Assembly (NCBI GenBank): GCA_963812585.1
Contig: CAWEVT010000008.1
Location: forward strand, 24,576 to 88,575
DNA: 64,000 bases
Direction of reading: 5' to 3'
Source: an uncultured Alphaproteobacteria bacterium
GTDB taxonomy: Bacteria; Pseudomonadota; Alphaproteobacteria; Acetobacterales; Acetobacteraceae
Positions 17,409 to 28,239 of this stretch are shown piece by piece. Position 1 is the stretch's first letter. Each line of letters begins with the position of its first letter. The position numbers and the translations under genes are program-made. The notes under the pieces are model-generated. The model was not told the origin of the DNA and made no database searches. It saw nothing but the letters and a program-made list of their open reading frames with translations.

Positions 17409-18752
17409 CTACCGAGCCAGCGGCACGCCCGCGTCCGCCAGCGCCCGCGCCTGACGCTCGGCCAGCGCCGCCTCGTTGAAATCGGCGATCAGGTCGTGGA
17501 ACAGCCGGCTCCAGTTCAACTCCGCCTTGAGCCGCAGAAACACGCCGCCCAGCCCGATCGCCGAGCGGTCCATCAGAACGAACTCCCGCGGCGGCATCAC
17601 GCCACCAGTCCGTTGCAAGCCGGAATGAACCCGTTCGGCGACTTCGCGGCCAAATGTCGGATCGTCCGTCTCCTGGATACGTCGCACCCGGTCCTGGGTG
17701 AGCGGCTCATACAGGAACCGCGCCCACAGGTTCAGCACGTCCATCTTTTCACGTGACAGATCAACGAAGCCCCACCGCTCATAGGCACGGTGCGCCTTGT
17801 CGTCATCATTGTCGCGAACCGCCTCGAACAGTTCGATGACGCCATTCACGAAGCGGGCCGGAAACACGCGAATAGCGCCGAAATCCAGTAAATTGACCGA
17901 GCCATCGGCCCGAACCTGATAATTTCCGAGGTGCGGGTCGCCATGGATGACGCCATAGCGGTAAAATGGCACATACCACGCGCGGAACAGCGCCTCGGCA
18001 ATCTGATTGCGCTCCTCCTGCGGCGGATCTTCCGCCAGCCGATGCATCAGCGGTCGTCCATCCAGCCACGTCATCGTCAACAGGCGCTTCGTGCTGAACT
18101 CCGGCATGGGCACCGGGACGTGCACACTGGGATGCTCCTTCAGCATCAAGCCATACAGCCGCATCTGCGCGGCTTCCCGCTCGTAATCCAATTCCTCCCG
18201 CAGGCGTTCACGCAGTTCCTTGTAGATCTCGTCCTGCTGAATGGCATTGTCCATGCGGTGATAGACCGCCATCGCCAGCTTGAGCTGTCGCAGGTCGGCC
18301 TCTACGGTACTCGGCATATCGGGGTATTGCAGCTTGCAGGCGACGTCGGTGCCGTCCGGCAGGCGGGCGCGGTGCACCTGCCCAAGGCTGGCGGCGGCGG
18401 ACGCCTCCTGGCTGAACGAGGCAAATTTCGAGCGCCAATCCGGGCCCAGTTCGCTCGCCATGCGACGACGCACGAAATTCCAGCCCATGGCGGGAGCATT
18501 GGACTGAAGCTGCGCCAGTTCCTCGGCATATTCCACCGGCAGCGCATCGGGCACCGTTGACAGGAACTGCGCCACCTTCATCAGCGGACCCTTCAGACCG
18601 CCGAGGATTGTCCTCAGGTCTTCGGCGTGAGCGGCGCGGTCGGTCTTGATACCAAACATCCGTGCGCCGGCGACCCGGGCTGCAATGCCGCCTACAGCTC
18701 CGGATGTGCGGGCAAATCGTCGAATTTCGCCGAACAGGTTGCTACCGGACAT
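17409..18752 (-). CDS. ABC1/AarF/UbiB-family atypical kinase
   Basis: 447 aa. KVAQFLSTVPDALPVEYAEELAQLQSNAP, AAASLGQVHRA, HGDPHLGNY and DFGA motifs. Confidence 0.85.
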   Translation of the reverse strand: MSGSNLFGEIRRFARTSGAVGGIAARVAGARMFGIKTDRAAHAEDLRTILGGLKGPLMKVAQFLSTVPDALPVEYAEELAQLQSNAPAMGWNFVRRRMASELGPDWRSKFASFSQEASAAASLGQVHRARLPDGTDVACKLQYPDMPSTVEADLRQLKLAMAVYHRMDNAIQQDEIYKELRERLREELDYEREAAQMRLYGLMLKEHPSVHVPVPMPEFSTKRLLTMTWLDGRPLMHRLAEDPPQEERNQIAEALFRAWYVPFYRYGVIHGDPHLGNYQVRADGSVNLLDFGAIRVFPARFVNGVIELFEAVRDNDDDKAHRAYERWGFVDLSREKMDVLNLWARFLYEPLTQDRVRRIQETDDPTFGREVAERVHSGLQRTGGVMPPREFVLMDRSAIGLGGVFLRLKAELNWSRLFHDLIADFNEAALAERQARALADAGVPLAR

Positions 18753-18894
18753 CGCACGACCCGGAGCCGGAACAAGCCGGCTCGCGCGACGGCGGGGTGA
18801 GCGAGGTCATCGGGCTGCTCTTGTTCGGGTATTCATCGATCTAATATCTGGCACCCCCGCCGGATTGCAAGCCGATTGACCGATCCAGGCCAGT

Positions 18895-19845
18895 CTAGCC
18901 ACTCCTGGCTTTGGTCTCCAGCGCCTCGGTCAGGCGCTGCGGGTCGACCGCCACCTCGACGCCGGCACGTTCGGTCTGCAACACCATGATGGCGCGCGAA
19001 TCACGGTTGCCCCAGCCGCGGTTGAGCCCCTCCGCCAGGTCGGCCAGCGCCAGGTTGGCCATCCGCATCGGCACGTTCAGTTCCCGACCCAGTGCCGTCG
19101 CCAGGGACACATCCTTGTGCGCCAGGCGCAGGGCGAAGGCCGCTGGCTCGTATTTGTTCGGCAGGAACTGGTCGGTTAGCGACTCGAAGGCTCCGCGCCG
19201 GCCGATGGCGCCCTGACGCACGGCCTCCCAGATCGCCAGCGGCTCGATTCCGGCCTTGACGCCCATGCTGAACACCTCGGCCGCCGCCGCGGTGGCGATG
19301 TAGCCGTAACAGTTGTGCACCAGCTTGGCGACCGAGCCGGCGCCGATCGGCCCGATCAATTTCACCTGGTCACCAATGGTGTCGAGCACCGGCTGCCACT
19401 TTTCGAAGACGTCGGCGTCGCCGCCGCACCAGATCGCCAGTTTGCCGCTGGCGGCGCCGCGCGGTCCGCCGCTGACCGGCGCATCGAACAGGAATGCCCC
19501 CTTCTTTTCATAGTCGGCATGGGCCTTGCGCACCGTCGTCGGCGCATTCGTCGTCAGATCAAAATAGGCCGCCCCGGGGCGGATCGACGATAAAAGTCCG
19601 GTCGCGCCATAGCTCACCGCCTCGAACTCGACCGGGCCAGGCAGCGAGGAAAAGATGATGTCGCATTCGGCCGCCAGGGCCGCGGGGCTGTCGACCCAGA
19701 CCGCGCCGTTCCTGATGTGCGATGTCGCCGAATCACGTCGGACATCGAACACCAGAACGGTGTGGCCGTCCTTCTGAATACCCTTCTGCAGATTGGCGGC
19801 CATGCTGGCACCCATGGTGCCAAGGCCGATGAAGCCCGCCTTCAT
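18895..19845 (-). CDS. NAD(P)-dependent 3-hydroxyisobutyrate/6-phosphogluconate dehydrogenase-like oxidoreductase
   Basis: 316 aa. N-terminal MKAGFIGLGTMGASMAANL Rossmann motif, DAPVSGG, GAGSVAKLVHN. Confidence 0.85.
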   Translation of the reverse strand: MKAGFIGLGTMGASMAANLQKGIQKDGHTVLVFDVRRDSATSHIRNGAVWVDSPAALAAECDIIFSSLPGPVEFEAVSYGATGLLSSIRPGAAYFDLTTNAPTTVRKAHADYEKKGAFLFDAPVSGGPRGAASGKLAIWCGGDADVFEKWQPVLDTIGDQVKLIGPIGAGSVAKLVHNCYGYIATAAAAEVFSMGVKAGIEPLAIWEAVRQGAIGRRGAFESLTDQFLPNKYEPAAFALRLAHKDVSLATALGRELNVPMRMANLALADLAEGLNRGWGNRDSRAIMVLQTERAGVEVAVDPQRLTEALETKARSG

Positions 19846-19878
19846 GGTTCCATCCCCCGCTGCTGCCCCGTCGGCTCG

Positions 19879-20205
19879 TTACGGATTAGCCTCAAAGATC
19901 TCGCGCGCGATGTTCGCCGCCGTCATCGCGGCCGGCCATCCGGCGTAGAACGCCACATGAGTGATCATCTCGGAGATTTCGGTCTTGGTCAGGCCGTTGT
20001 CCAAGGCGCGCTGCAGGTGCCCGCGAAGTTGTTCGGGCCGGTAGGTCGCGGTCAGGACAGCGCAGACCACCAGGCTGCGATCCCGCTTGGACAGTTCGGG
20101 CCGTTCCCAGATGTCGCCGAACAGCACTTGCTCAGTCACTTCGATCATTTTCGGAACGGTCTCGCGGACGCGGTCACGGGCCGCGGATGATGGGGCTTGT
20201 GCCAT
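19879..20205 (-). CDS. Carboxymuconolactone decarboxylase (AhpD-like) family protein
   Basis: ORF 19879..20520 trimmed to ATG 20205, which is preceded by AGGAGGAA. 108 aa with LSKRDRSLVVCAVLTATYRPEQLRGHLQRALDNGLTKTEISEMITHVAFYAGWP. Confidence 0.8.
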   Translation of the reverse strand: MAQAPSSAARDRVRETVPKMIEVTEQVLFGDIWERPELSKRDRSLVVCAVLTATYRPEQLRGHLQRALDNGLTKTEISEMITHVAFYAGWPAAMTAANIAREIFEANP

Positions 20206-20380
20206 AGGTTCCTCCTGTTGCTCCGGCCCTATTGCACACCAAGCGGCTTGGCCTGTCCAATCCGGGACCCTGGCGATGCCAGGATCGATCGGAGTGTTTC
20301 GCTGCCAGATCAGCCTCGGCACGCCGAACCCGACGTGACGACGTGCGGTCAGCGAGGCGCAAATCAATCGGCGGAAAACG

Positions 20381-21199
20381 TCACGGCATCGACGCGGTGC
20401 TGCCGCCGTCAACCACAATCTCGGTCGCGGTGATAAATCGGGCCTCGTCGGAGACCAGGAACAAGACCGCATGGGCGACGTCCCATGCGTCACCCATATG
20501 CCCGATCGGTACCGCCGCATTGCGCGCGTCGATCAGCGCCTGCAGGTCGTTGCCGCCGACCGTCCGCGCCAGCCGGTATTCGACCAGCGGCGTGTGCATC
20601 AGGCCAGGAACCACCGTGTTCACGCGGATGCCCTGCTTCGCGTACGTTCCGGCAACCGATCGAGACAGTTGGATCACCCCCGCCTTCGAGGCACTGTATC
20701 CGACATGTGACCGTCCGCTGCGAAAATCGTTCCGCATCCCGGCGACCGAGGCGATATTGACGATCGCGCCCTTGCCCTGTTCGACCATCACGGGAAGCAC
20801 ATACTTGCAGCCCAGGAACGCCGTCTTCAGGTTGAAGTCGATCTGCCGGTCCCACACCTCCTCGGTCATCGAGACCGGATCGCCCGGCGCCGAACCGCCG
20901 ACGTTGTTCACCAGGATGTCGATCCGTTTGAAACGATCCAGGCAGGCCTGCACCATCTCCTGAACCTCGGACGCGATCATCATGTCGCAACGATGCGTGG
21001 CACAGGTGCCGCCTTCGGTTTCGATGATGGATTTGGTTTCGGCCATCGCCTCTTCGTTGATATCGAGCAGGAAGACGGCGGCGCCCTGCCTGGCCAGCAG
21101 AATGGCCGTCGCCTTGCCATTGCCCCAGATCTTGCCACCGACCGGGCCGACCGACCCCGCCCCGGCGACGATCGCGAACTTTCCCGTCAGGCTCAGCAT
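20381..21199 (-). CDS. Short-chain dehydrogenase/reductase (SDR)
   Basis: ATG 21199 is preceded by GGAGGAA at 7 nt. LTGKFAIVAGAGS.., NNVG, YSASKAG catalytic motif. Confidence 0.85.
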   Translation of the reverse strand: MLSLTGKFAIVAGAGSVGPVGGKIWGNGKATAILLARQGAAVFLLDINEEAMAETKSIIETEGGTCATHRCDMMIASEVQEMVQACLDRFKRIDILVNNVGGSAPGDPVSMTEEVWDRQIDFNLKTAFLGCKYVLPVMVEQGKGAIVNIASVAGMRNDFRSGRSHVGYSASKAGVIQLSRSVAGTYAKQGIRVNTVVPGLMHTPLVEYRLARTVGGNDLQALIDARNAAVPIGHMGDAWDVAHAVLFLVSDEARFITATEIVVDGGSTASMP

Positions 21200-21508
21200 T
21201 GCGGTTTCCTCCACTTCGATCCCGTCAGATAAACCTGTCCGTCACGCGCCGCCAAGCCAACCTGACGCAGTGCTGGGTTCGCCCGGCCAGACCAGGCACC
21301 TCGCTGACAAAGCCGCGGCACAGTCAAGCGCCGGATCATTGCGGGTGGCCACGATGCCGCCTTCTGGCGTTCGTTTTCCGGCCAGGCTAAAATCGACGGA
21401 GTCACATCCTGCGGTGCGAGGGAAACGCCGTCCATGTCCGAGGCCTGCATCGCTGTCCGCAGGGTCTGTTCCGCCCCGATCGAACTCGCCTGACCCGCGA
21501 CCCGCCGG

Positions 21509-21877
21509 ATGCTGCTCAGCCTCGGCCTGATCCTGCTCTGCCAATTGATCGGCGAGGCGATGGCTCGCGGCACTGGCGCGCCGGTGCCAGGACCTGTGAT
21601 CGGTCTGTTGCTATGTGTGTTGCTGCTGCTGGTTCGCGATCGGATCGGCAGGATGGCGCCGATCGAACTCCGTGACGGTACCTTCGAAAAAACCGGCTCG
21701 GGCATCCTGTCGCACCTCGCGCTGCTGTTTGTCCCGGCCGGTGTCGGCGTGATCCAGCGATTGGACGTCCTGGCCGGGAACGCGGTGGCAATCCTGGCCG
21801 CTCTCGTGGTCTCGACCGTGCTGAGCCTGGCTGTCACCGCGGCGGTGTTCACCGCCGTCGCGCGCCGCGTCCGATGA
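21509..21877 (+). CDS. CidA/LrgA-family holin-like membrane protein
   Basis: 122 aa with 4 hydrophobic helices (LLCQLIGEAMARG..GPVIGLLL). Its stop overlaps the start of the LrgB gene (ATGA at 21874-21877). Confidence 0.8.
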   Translation: MLLSLGLILLCQLIGEAMARGTGAPVPGPVIGLLLCVLLLLVRDRIGRMAPIELRDGTFEKTGSGILSHLALLFVPAGVGVIQRLDVLAGNAVAILAALVVSTVLSLAVTAAVFTAVARRVR

Positions 21878-22582
21878 AACACGACGTTTTCTCCCTCTGG
21901 GTGTATCTGGCGCGAACGCCGTTGCTCTGGCTCACCGTGACCATCCTGGCTTACTGCGCGTGTGACCGCGTTTCGGCGGCGCTGCGTCGCCATCCTCTCG
22001 CCAACCCCGTGCTGCTCTCCGTCGCCCTGACCGGCATCCTGGTGCTCGGCACCCACACCCCTTACGCAACCTATTTCGATGGCGCCCAGTTCATCCACTT
22101 CCTGCTCGGCCCAGCCACCGTCGCGCTCGGGATACCGCTGTATCAGAATCGCCATCTCGTCTTGCGGTCCATCCTGCCGATGGCCTGCGCGCTGCTTGCC
22201 GGTTCGCTCACCGCGCTGCTGTCGGCGGTAATGATAGCCCGCATGCTGGGCGCTCCCGCTTCCGTGGTGACTTCCATCGCGCCCAAATCGGTAACCGCGG
22301 CGGTGGCGATGGCGATCGCCGCTCGGCTTGGCGGCGACCCGGCACTGACTGCTGTCCTGGTGATCCTGACCGGGATCCTGGGCGCGATCATTGTCACCCC
22401 GCTGATGAACCGGTTGCGTATCAGCGACAAGCGGGCGCGCGGCTTCGCCGCCGGGCTCGCCGCGCACGGTATCGGCACCCGCGCGCGCGTTCCAGGTCGA
22501 CCCGCTCACCGGCACGTTCGCCGGCATCGCCATGGGGCTGAATGCCTTGCTGACCGCCATACTTGTTCCGCTGCTGCTGTAG
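21874..22582 (+). pseudogene. LrgB-family membrane protein with a +1 frameshift near the 3' end
   Basis: The LrgB-like sequence runs to ..GLAAHGIGT. The expected tail ARAFQVDPLTGTFAGIAMGLNALLTAILVPLLL* lies in the next frame and ends at TAG 22580-22582. The extra base maps to the CCC run at 22478-22480. As written, the ORF instead runs on to 22698. Confidence 0.8.
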
Positions 22583-23000
22583 ACGCTATCGGGCATGAGT
22601 GGGCGCCAATCCCGGCCGCCCCAATCCCGGCCGCTAAAGTCGCGACCGACAAGCGGGTGCATTTGTTCCGTTGGGGCAGGCCGAGCCCGCGTGCCTGAAG
22701 TCATGAGCGGCCAACCTGGCGTTGACAATCCGCCAGGCAGCGTATTCCATTCTGAGGCGCCAAGGTTGCCGTGAAGGCCGGGCGCAGGAGCACGGGCGTC
22801 GTGCCGTGTGCAGATCAATCCTCAGGGCTGCCTCGACCAGGAACCGCTGGGCGACGAGGCGAAGAGCATGGCCGATCGGGCGGACGTCATTCTATCCGCT
22901 CTGCTGACGAGAGACGTTCCCGCAGGGCTGGCCGGTCACACGAATGGCCCGTTCGCCAGCCGAACGAAAACAGCGTTTTGGCTTCACTTTGGGGGCAGGC

Positions 23001-23594
23001 ATGTTGCGCGTTGTGAGGGTGTGTAAGCCTATCATCAAATACTTCCCCGCCTTCGGGTTCATTGCTGTGCTGGTCGGCATCGCGGTCAACATGGCGATGG
23101 CGGCGCAGGATAAATACACGGTGAAAGTGCCCGGCGGGCTCGCGTTCTCCGAGTTTAGGGGATACGAGGACTGGGCGGCCGTCAACGTCAGCAAGACCGA
23201 AGGCGCATTCGCCATAATCGTTGCAAATCCCGTAATGATCGCGGCGTACCGCTCCGGCATCCCGGGCAACGGCAAGCCCTTTCCCGACGGCTCCAGGATC
23301 GCGAAGATCCACTACAAACCAACCAAGAGCGCGGACTCGCCCGATCCGGCAACAGAGGTGCCCGGCCCGCTGCTGAACGTCGATTTCATCGTGAAGGACA
23401 GCAAGCGGTTCCCGGACCCGGACAGCGGCGGATGGGGCTACGCTGCGTTCGAATACGAACCCGCATCCGACAGCTTCAGGCCTGCCAATGAGAGCGACAC
23501 GCCGCCGCAGGCGAACGACACCAACTGCGGGGTTGCGTGTCACACGCTCGCACAGGCAAAGAATTACATTTTCACCGAGTATCCGAAGAGATAG
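23001..23594 (+). CDS. Cytochrome P460 family protein
   Basis: ATG 23001 gives a signal/TM segment, then KYTVKVPGGLAFSEFRGYEDWAAV.. and a C-terminal heme motif CGVACH. Confidence 0.8.
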   Translation: MLRVVRVCKPIIKYFPAFGFIAVLVGIAVNMAMAAQDKYTVKVPGGLAFSEFRGYEDWAAVNVSKTEGAFAIIVANPVMIAAYRSGIPGNGKPFPDGSRIAKIHYKPTKSADSPDPATEVPGPLLNVDFIVKDSKRFPDPDSGGWGYAAFEYEPASDSFRPANESDTPPQANDTNCGVACHTLAQAKNYIFTEYPKR

Positions 23595-23782
23595 GCGGAA
23601 GTCCCTCAAGCCGGTGGCTTGCTCGGCGCTGCGAAACGTTCCGTGTGCGCCGAAGGTCTGACGATTGCGTAACCGGACAATGTCCGACCCGCGGCATCGG
23701 GCCAGACTTTCCGGCGCCCCCCTCTTTGGGCATAGTATGTTTCGGCATAGTGATGCGGGCTCAATCGGCAAGGTAGACAGGC

Positions 23783-24631
23783 ATGGCGTTGGTCGTGGCG
23801 GTAATCGCGCCGGGGATGATGGGCAGCGCTGTCGGCAAGCGGCTCTCTGAGGCCGGCGCCGAGGTTCGAACCTCGCTGACCGGCCGGTCCAGCGAGAGCG
23901 TCGCTCGGGCCGCCGGCGCCGGCATGACCGATGCGAGCGATGAGCAGATCGTCGCGTCCGATATCGTTCTTTCGATCGTGCCGCCCGGCGAGGCTTTGGC
24001 GTTGGCTGAACGACTGGCGCCCGCGCTGCGGAACGCGGCGATCAAGCCGGTATACGTGGATTGCAATGCTGTCAGCCCCGATACGGTGCTGCGGATCGAG
24101 CGCGTGGTCCGCGAAACCGGCGCGGGCTTCGTCGATGGCGGCATCATCGGCCCGCCGCCCGAGCCGAATTCTGCCAAGACCCGCATCTATCTGTCGGGAC
24201 CTGATGCCGAAAGGGTCGCCATACTGCAGCGTCATGGCCTGTCGACGCCGGTGCAACCCGGGCCGGTCGGCGCCGCCTCCGCCATGAAGATGTCGTACGC
24301 CGGCATCACCAAGGGGTTTACCGCGCTGGGCGCGGCAATGATGCTGGCCGCCACCCGCGCCGGCACCGCCGATGCGCTGGTCGCCGAGATGACGGTCAGC
24401 CAGCCGATACTGCTGCGGTGGTTGACCACGCAGATGCCCAGGATGCATTCCAAGGCTTACCGCTGGGTGGCCGAGATGGATGAAATCGCAGCTTTCGTCG
24501 GCGAAGATCCCGCGGCTTCGGAGTTCTTTCACGCCGCCGCTCGCCTGTATGCCCGGTTGGCCACCGACTTTACCGGACCGCGCGCTGAAACCGGAGCTCT
24601 CGACGCCTTCTGCGACAAAGTCGTATCGTAA
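23783..24631 (+). CDS. NAD(P)-binding oxidoreductase with a 6PGDH-like C-terminal (DUF1932-type) domain
   Basis: 282 aa. VAVIAPGMMGSAVGKRL Rossmann start, AASAMKMSYAGITKG. Confidence 0.72.
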   Translation: MALVVAVIAPGMMGSAVGKRLSEAGAEVRTSLTGRSSESVARAAGAGMTDASDEQIVASDIVLSIVPPGEALALAERLAPALRNAAIKPVYVDCNAVSPDTVLRIERVVRETGAGFVDGGIIGPPPEPNSAKTRIYLSGPDAERVAILQRHGLSTPVQPGPVGAASAMKMSYAGITKGFTALGAAMMLAATRAGTADALVAEMTVSQPILLRWLTTQMPRMHSKAYRWVAEMDEIAAFVGEDPAASEFFHAAARLYARLATDFTGPRAETGALDAFCDKVVS

Positions 24632-24803
24632 GGCCAGGGCCGGATTGTCATCCCCATGGCAGCGTGAGTATCACTCCGCTGATCCTTGACTTTTGCGTTG
24701 GTTGTCCCGATACCCCGCGCGTCGCGCGACTGGATGCTCGGCGCCTCGCGTGTGGGATCGATAAATCGCCTTCCGCGCGGCTGCCGTCCCATTAATCGCA
24801 GCC

Positions 24804-26726
24804 ATGCAATCGACAGGACAGGATTTGACCGACTCAACGACCGCTTCACGGGAACCAACCGCCGCGGAACCAGCCGTCCCGGCCACGATGAAATCCGCGC
24901 AGGAAACCTCCTCGCGGGATGTCGGGACGCCCGAGGAGGTTGTCGCGCCGGCAACCAGCAGCGCCGCGCCCGCTGATGCTTCATCGCTCGAATCCACTGT
25001 CGCGACGGATCAGGACCCACCGGCCGAACTCCCCAGTGAGGCGTCAGTCGTCCCAGTCGCCCCGGGGCCGCCGCCGGAACCGGCGCGAGCGACCTTTGCC
25101 GATCTCGGCCTTTCGGGGGATCTGCTGCGCGCCATCGAAGAGCTTGGATACCGCCATCCGACGCCGGTTCAGGAGCAGGCGATCCCGTTCGTCCTGATGG
25201 GTCGTGACGTCATGGGTGTGGCCCAGACCGGCACCGGAAAGACCGCCGGCTTCACCCTGCCGATGCTCGATATCCTGACCGGTCGGCGAGCCCGTGCCCG
25301 TATGCCGCGCAGCCTGATCCTGGAGCCGACACGTGAGCTGGCCCTTCAGGTAGCGGAGAATTTCCAGCAATACGGCAAGTATCTGAAGCTTACCCATGCG
25401 CTGATCATCGGCGGTGAGAGCGTATCGGATCAGAAGGACGTGCTGATGCGCGGCGTCGATGTTCTCATCGCCACGCCCGGCCGGCTGCTAGACATGTTCG
25501 AACGCGGCTCGATCCTGTTGTCGGATACCGGCATCCTGGTGATCGACGAAGCCGATCGCATGCTGGACATGGGCTTCATTCCCGATGTCGAGCGGATTGT
25601 CTCGCTGCTCCCGGCCAACCGGCAGACGCTGTTCTTCTCCGCCACGATGGGGCCTGAGATCAGGCGCCTGGCCGATGCCTTCCTGCGCAATCCCAAGGAA
25701 GTCACCGTCTCCCGTTCCGCCACCGTCGCGACGACCATCATCGAGGGGCTTGCCCTGGTGGCCGAGCACGACAAGCGGGAAGCGTTGCGCCGGATGATCC
25801 GCAACGAAAACGTGCAGAACGCATTGATCTTCTGCAACCGCAAAGTCGATGTCGATATCCTTTACAAATCCCTGTCCAAGCACCGCTTCAGTGCCGGTGC
25901 GCTGCACGGCGATATGGCCCAGACCATCCGGTTTTCGACCTTGGAGAAATTCAAGGCCGGCGAACTGAAGCTGCTGGTCTGCAGTGACGTCGCGGCCCGC
26001 GGCCTCGACATCGGCGGCCTGTCGCATGTGTTCAATTTCGACGTGCCGATCCACGCCGAGGATTACGTGCACCGCATCGGGCGCACCGGCCGTGCCGGGC
26101 TCGAGGGTCACGCATTTACCATCGCCGCGCCGGATGATCGTTACGCCGTGGCGGCGATCGAAAAACTGATTTCGCACCCGATCCCGCCTATGCTGGTTGA
26201 AGGCCTGGATCCGGTCGACTGGTCGGAGAATGACGGGCGTAAACGGCGCGGGCGCAAAAAGGCTGAGCCCAAGCGAGCCGAGGCCAGAAAAGCACCGGAA
26301 AAGGACAGGTCTACCGGCGCCAGGCCCGAACGGGAAAAATCAGTCAGAGGGAAGTCCGAACGGGCGTCGGCGGACAAGGACAAGCCGCGCGAGCCAAAGG
26401 CCAGGCGCGAACGGGCGAAGGACGAGCGTCCCGGTCCGGAGGAGGCGCCGCTTCTGGAGTACTCGGCTCAGGAGGCTCCCGTCACCGCTCGATCGCCGGA
26501 GCGGTCACCTCGGACCGGCGAGAGCCGAAGGGACGCGAGCCGGAGGGATGAGAACCGGAGGGACGAAAGCCCGAGGGTCGAGCCACGGCGGGAACGTTAT
26601 CGCCGGGACGACGACTTGGGACCCGCGGTTGTCGGTTTCGGTGACGATATGCCAGCATTCATGTTGCTTCGGGCCCGTCGCTCGCGGGCGCCGACGACGC
26701 AGACGACCGAGAACCCAGAGGCCTGA
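24804..26726 (+). CDS. DEAD-box ATP-dependent RNA helicase (RhlE-like) with a low-complexity N-extension and a basic C-tail
   Basis: 640 aa. Q-motif region FADLGL..PTPVQ, AQTGTGKT, DEAD, SAT, HRIGRTGRAG. The C-terminal roughly 170 aa are Arg/Glu/Pro-rich. Confidence 0.9.
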   Translation: MQSTGQDLTDSTTASREPTAAEPAVPATMKSAQETSSRDVGTPEEVVAPATSSAAPADASSLESTVATDQDPPAELPSEASVVPVAPGPPPEPARATFADLGLSGDLLRAIEELGYRHPTPVQEQAIPFVLMGRDVMGVAQTGTGKTAGFTLPMLDILTGRRARARMPRSLILEPTRELALQVAENFQQYGKYLKLTHALIIGGESVSDQKDVLMRGVDVLIATPGRLLDMFERGSILLSDTGILVIDEADRMLDMGFIPDVERIVSLLPANRQTLFFSATMGPEIRRLADAFLRNPKEVTVSRSATVATTIIEGLALVAEHDKREALRRMIRNENVQNALIFCNRKVDVDILYKSLSKHRFSAGALHGDMAQTIRFSTLEKFKAGELKLLVCSDVAARGLDIGGLSHVFNFDVPIHAEDYVHRIGRTGRAGLEGHAFTIAAPDDRYAVAAIEKLISHPIPPMLVEGLDPVDWSENDGRKRRGRKKAEPKRAEARKAPEKDRSTGARPEREKSVRGKSERASADKDKPREPKARRERAKDERPGPEEAPLLEYSAQEAPVTARSPERSPRTGESRRDASRRDENRRDESPRVEPRRERYRRDDDLGPAVVGFGDDMPAFMLLRARRSRAPTTQTTENPEA

Positions 26727-26777
26727 GCCCCCGCACGAGCGAGCGCCCGGGTGCCTGACCACGACGGAGACCCGATT

Positions 26778-27983
26778 ATGAATGACGCCCCGCCACGCCC
26801 CGCCAGCCCATTCACACAATTTGCCTGGGACGATGCGCTTCGGCTGGAGGGTGTGTTGTCCGAGGATGAGCGGGCAATCCGCGACGCGGCTCACGCGTTC
26901 TGCCAGGAGAAGCTGTTTCCGCGTGTCCTGATGGCCAACCGCCAGGAGAAATTCGACCGCGAGATCATGAACGAGTTCGGCGAGATGGGCTTTCTGGGTG
27001 CCACCCTGGAGGGCTACGGCTGCGCCGGCGTCAACTACGTCAGCTACGGCCTCATCTCCCGCGAGGTCGAGCGTGTCGACTCCGGCTACCGCTCGGCGTT
27101 TTCCGTCCAGTCGTCGCTGGTGATGTTTCCGATCCACGCCTTCGGGTCGGAGCAGCAGCGGCAGAAGTACTTGCCCAAACTTCGCACCGGCGAATTCGTC
27201 GGCTGCTTCGGCCTGACCGAGCCGGATGCCGGGTCAGATCCTGCCTCGATGCGTACGCGTGCGGCCACGGTTGACGGCGGTTTCGTCCTCAACGGGTCGA
27301 AGACCTGGATCACCAACTCGCCGATCGCCGATGTCCTGCTGGTGTGGGCAAAGGACGACGAGGGCGATATCCGCGGCTTCATTCTGGAGCGCGGCATGGC
27401 TGGGCTGACGCAGCCGAAGATCGAGGGGAAATTTTCGCTGCGCGCCTCGGTGACCGGCATGATCATGATGCAGGACGTTTTCGTCCCGGCGGAAAATCAG
27501 CTGCCCGGGGTGAAGGGATTGCGCGGCCCATTCTCCTGCCTGAACAACGCCCGCTACGGGATCGCCTGGGGTGCCCTGGGTGCCGCCGAGTTCTGCTGGC
27601 ATGCGGCGCGGGAATACACTCTCAGCCGTATGATGTTCGGTCGCCCGCTGGCCGCCACCCAGCTCATCCAGAAGAAACTCGCCGATATGCAGACCGAGAT
27701 CACCCTCGGTTTGCATGCCGTGCTGCGGCTCGGGCGGCTGATGGATGAGCACAATGCCGCGCCTGAAATGATTAGCCTGCTGAAACGCAACAATTGCGGC
27801 AAGGCCTTGGATATCGCCCGGGTTGCACGCGACATGCACGGCGGCAACGGCATCGTCGACGAGTATCACGTCATCCGGCATGTGATGAACCTGGAGACGG
27901 TGAACACCTATGAAGGCACGCATGACGTGCACGCGCTAATTCTCGGGCGGGCGCAAACCGGCCTATCGGCCTTCGGAGGATAG
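26778..27983 (+). CDS. gcdH: Glutaryl-CoA dehydrogenase (acyl-CoA dehydrogenase family)
   Basis: ATG 26778 lies 8 nt after [27 protein letters not shown].., [17 protein letters not shown], and a [14 protein letters not shown] tail. Confidence 0.85.
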   Translation: MNDAPPRPASPFTQFAWDDALRLEGVLSEDERAIRDAAHAFCQEKLFPRVLMANRQEKFDREIMNEFGEMGFLGATLEGYGCAGVNYVSYGLISREVERVDSGYRSAFSVQSSLVMFPIHAFGSEQQRQKYLPKLRTGEFVGCFGLTEPDAGSDPASMRTRAATVDGGFVLNGSKTWITNSPIADVLLVWAKDDEGDIRGFILERGMAGLTQPKIEGKFSLRASVTGMIMMQDVFVPAENQLPGVKGLRGPFSCLNNARYGIAWGALGAAEFCWHAAREYTLSRMMFGRPLAATQLIQKKLADMQTEITLGLHAVLRLGRLMDEHNAAPEMISLLKRNNCGKALDIARVARDMHGGNGIVDEYHVIRHVMNLETVNTYEGTHDVHALILGRAQTGLSAFGG

Positions 27984-28015
27984 CAGTCCGCCTCGTCTCC
28001 CCCCGCCTCTCCCCC

Positions 28016-28150
28016 GTGTCATCCCCAGGCCGCTTGCCCCGGCACCGTGTCATGGCCTGGCTTGGCCCCAGCCGACCTCTCCCCCGTGTCATGGCCGGGC
28101 TTGGCCCCAGCCGACCTCTCCCCCGTGTCATGGCCGGGCTTGGCCCGGCC
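28016..28150. repeat. Short array (4 cores) of the same REP family
   Basis: GTGTCAT cores at 28016, 28047, 28086 and 28125. The last three units have a period of about 39 bp (CCCCCGTGTCATGGCCGGGCTTGGCCCCAGCCGACCTCT). Located between convergent gcdH and merR. Confidence 0.75.
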
Positions 28151-28239
28151 ACCCACGACTTGCCTGTATAAGCAAAGACATAGCTCGCTGGGCCCTACAG
28201 CCATGTCCAGTCCCGCGCGTCCGGCCTGAGATGCCTGCT

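Noticed and set aside
22604-22632. A direct repeat CCAATCCCGGCCGC x2 after lrgB
   Set aside because: There are only two short copies in a G+C-rich spacer. This is compatible with chance or a small duplication, and no further structure or association was seen.
24690-24720. A promoter-like TTGACT-N17-GATACC upstream of the DEAD-box helicase
   Set aside because: The -10 match is weak (3 of 6). Alphaproteobacterial promoters are poorly predicted by the E. coli consensus, so this is not supportable from sequence alone.
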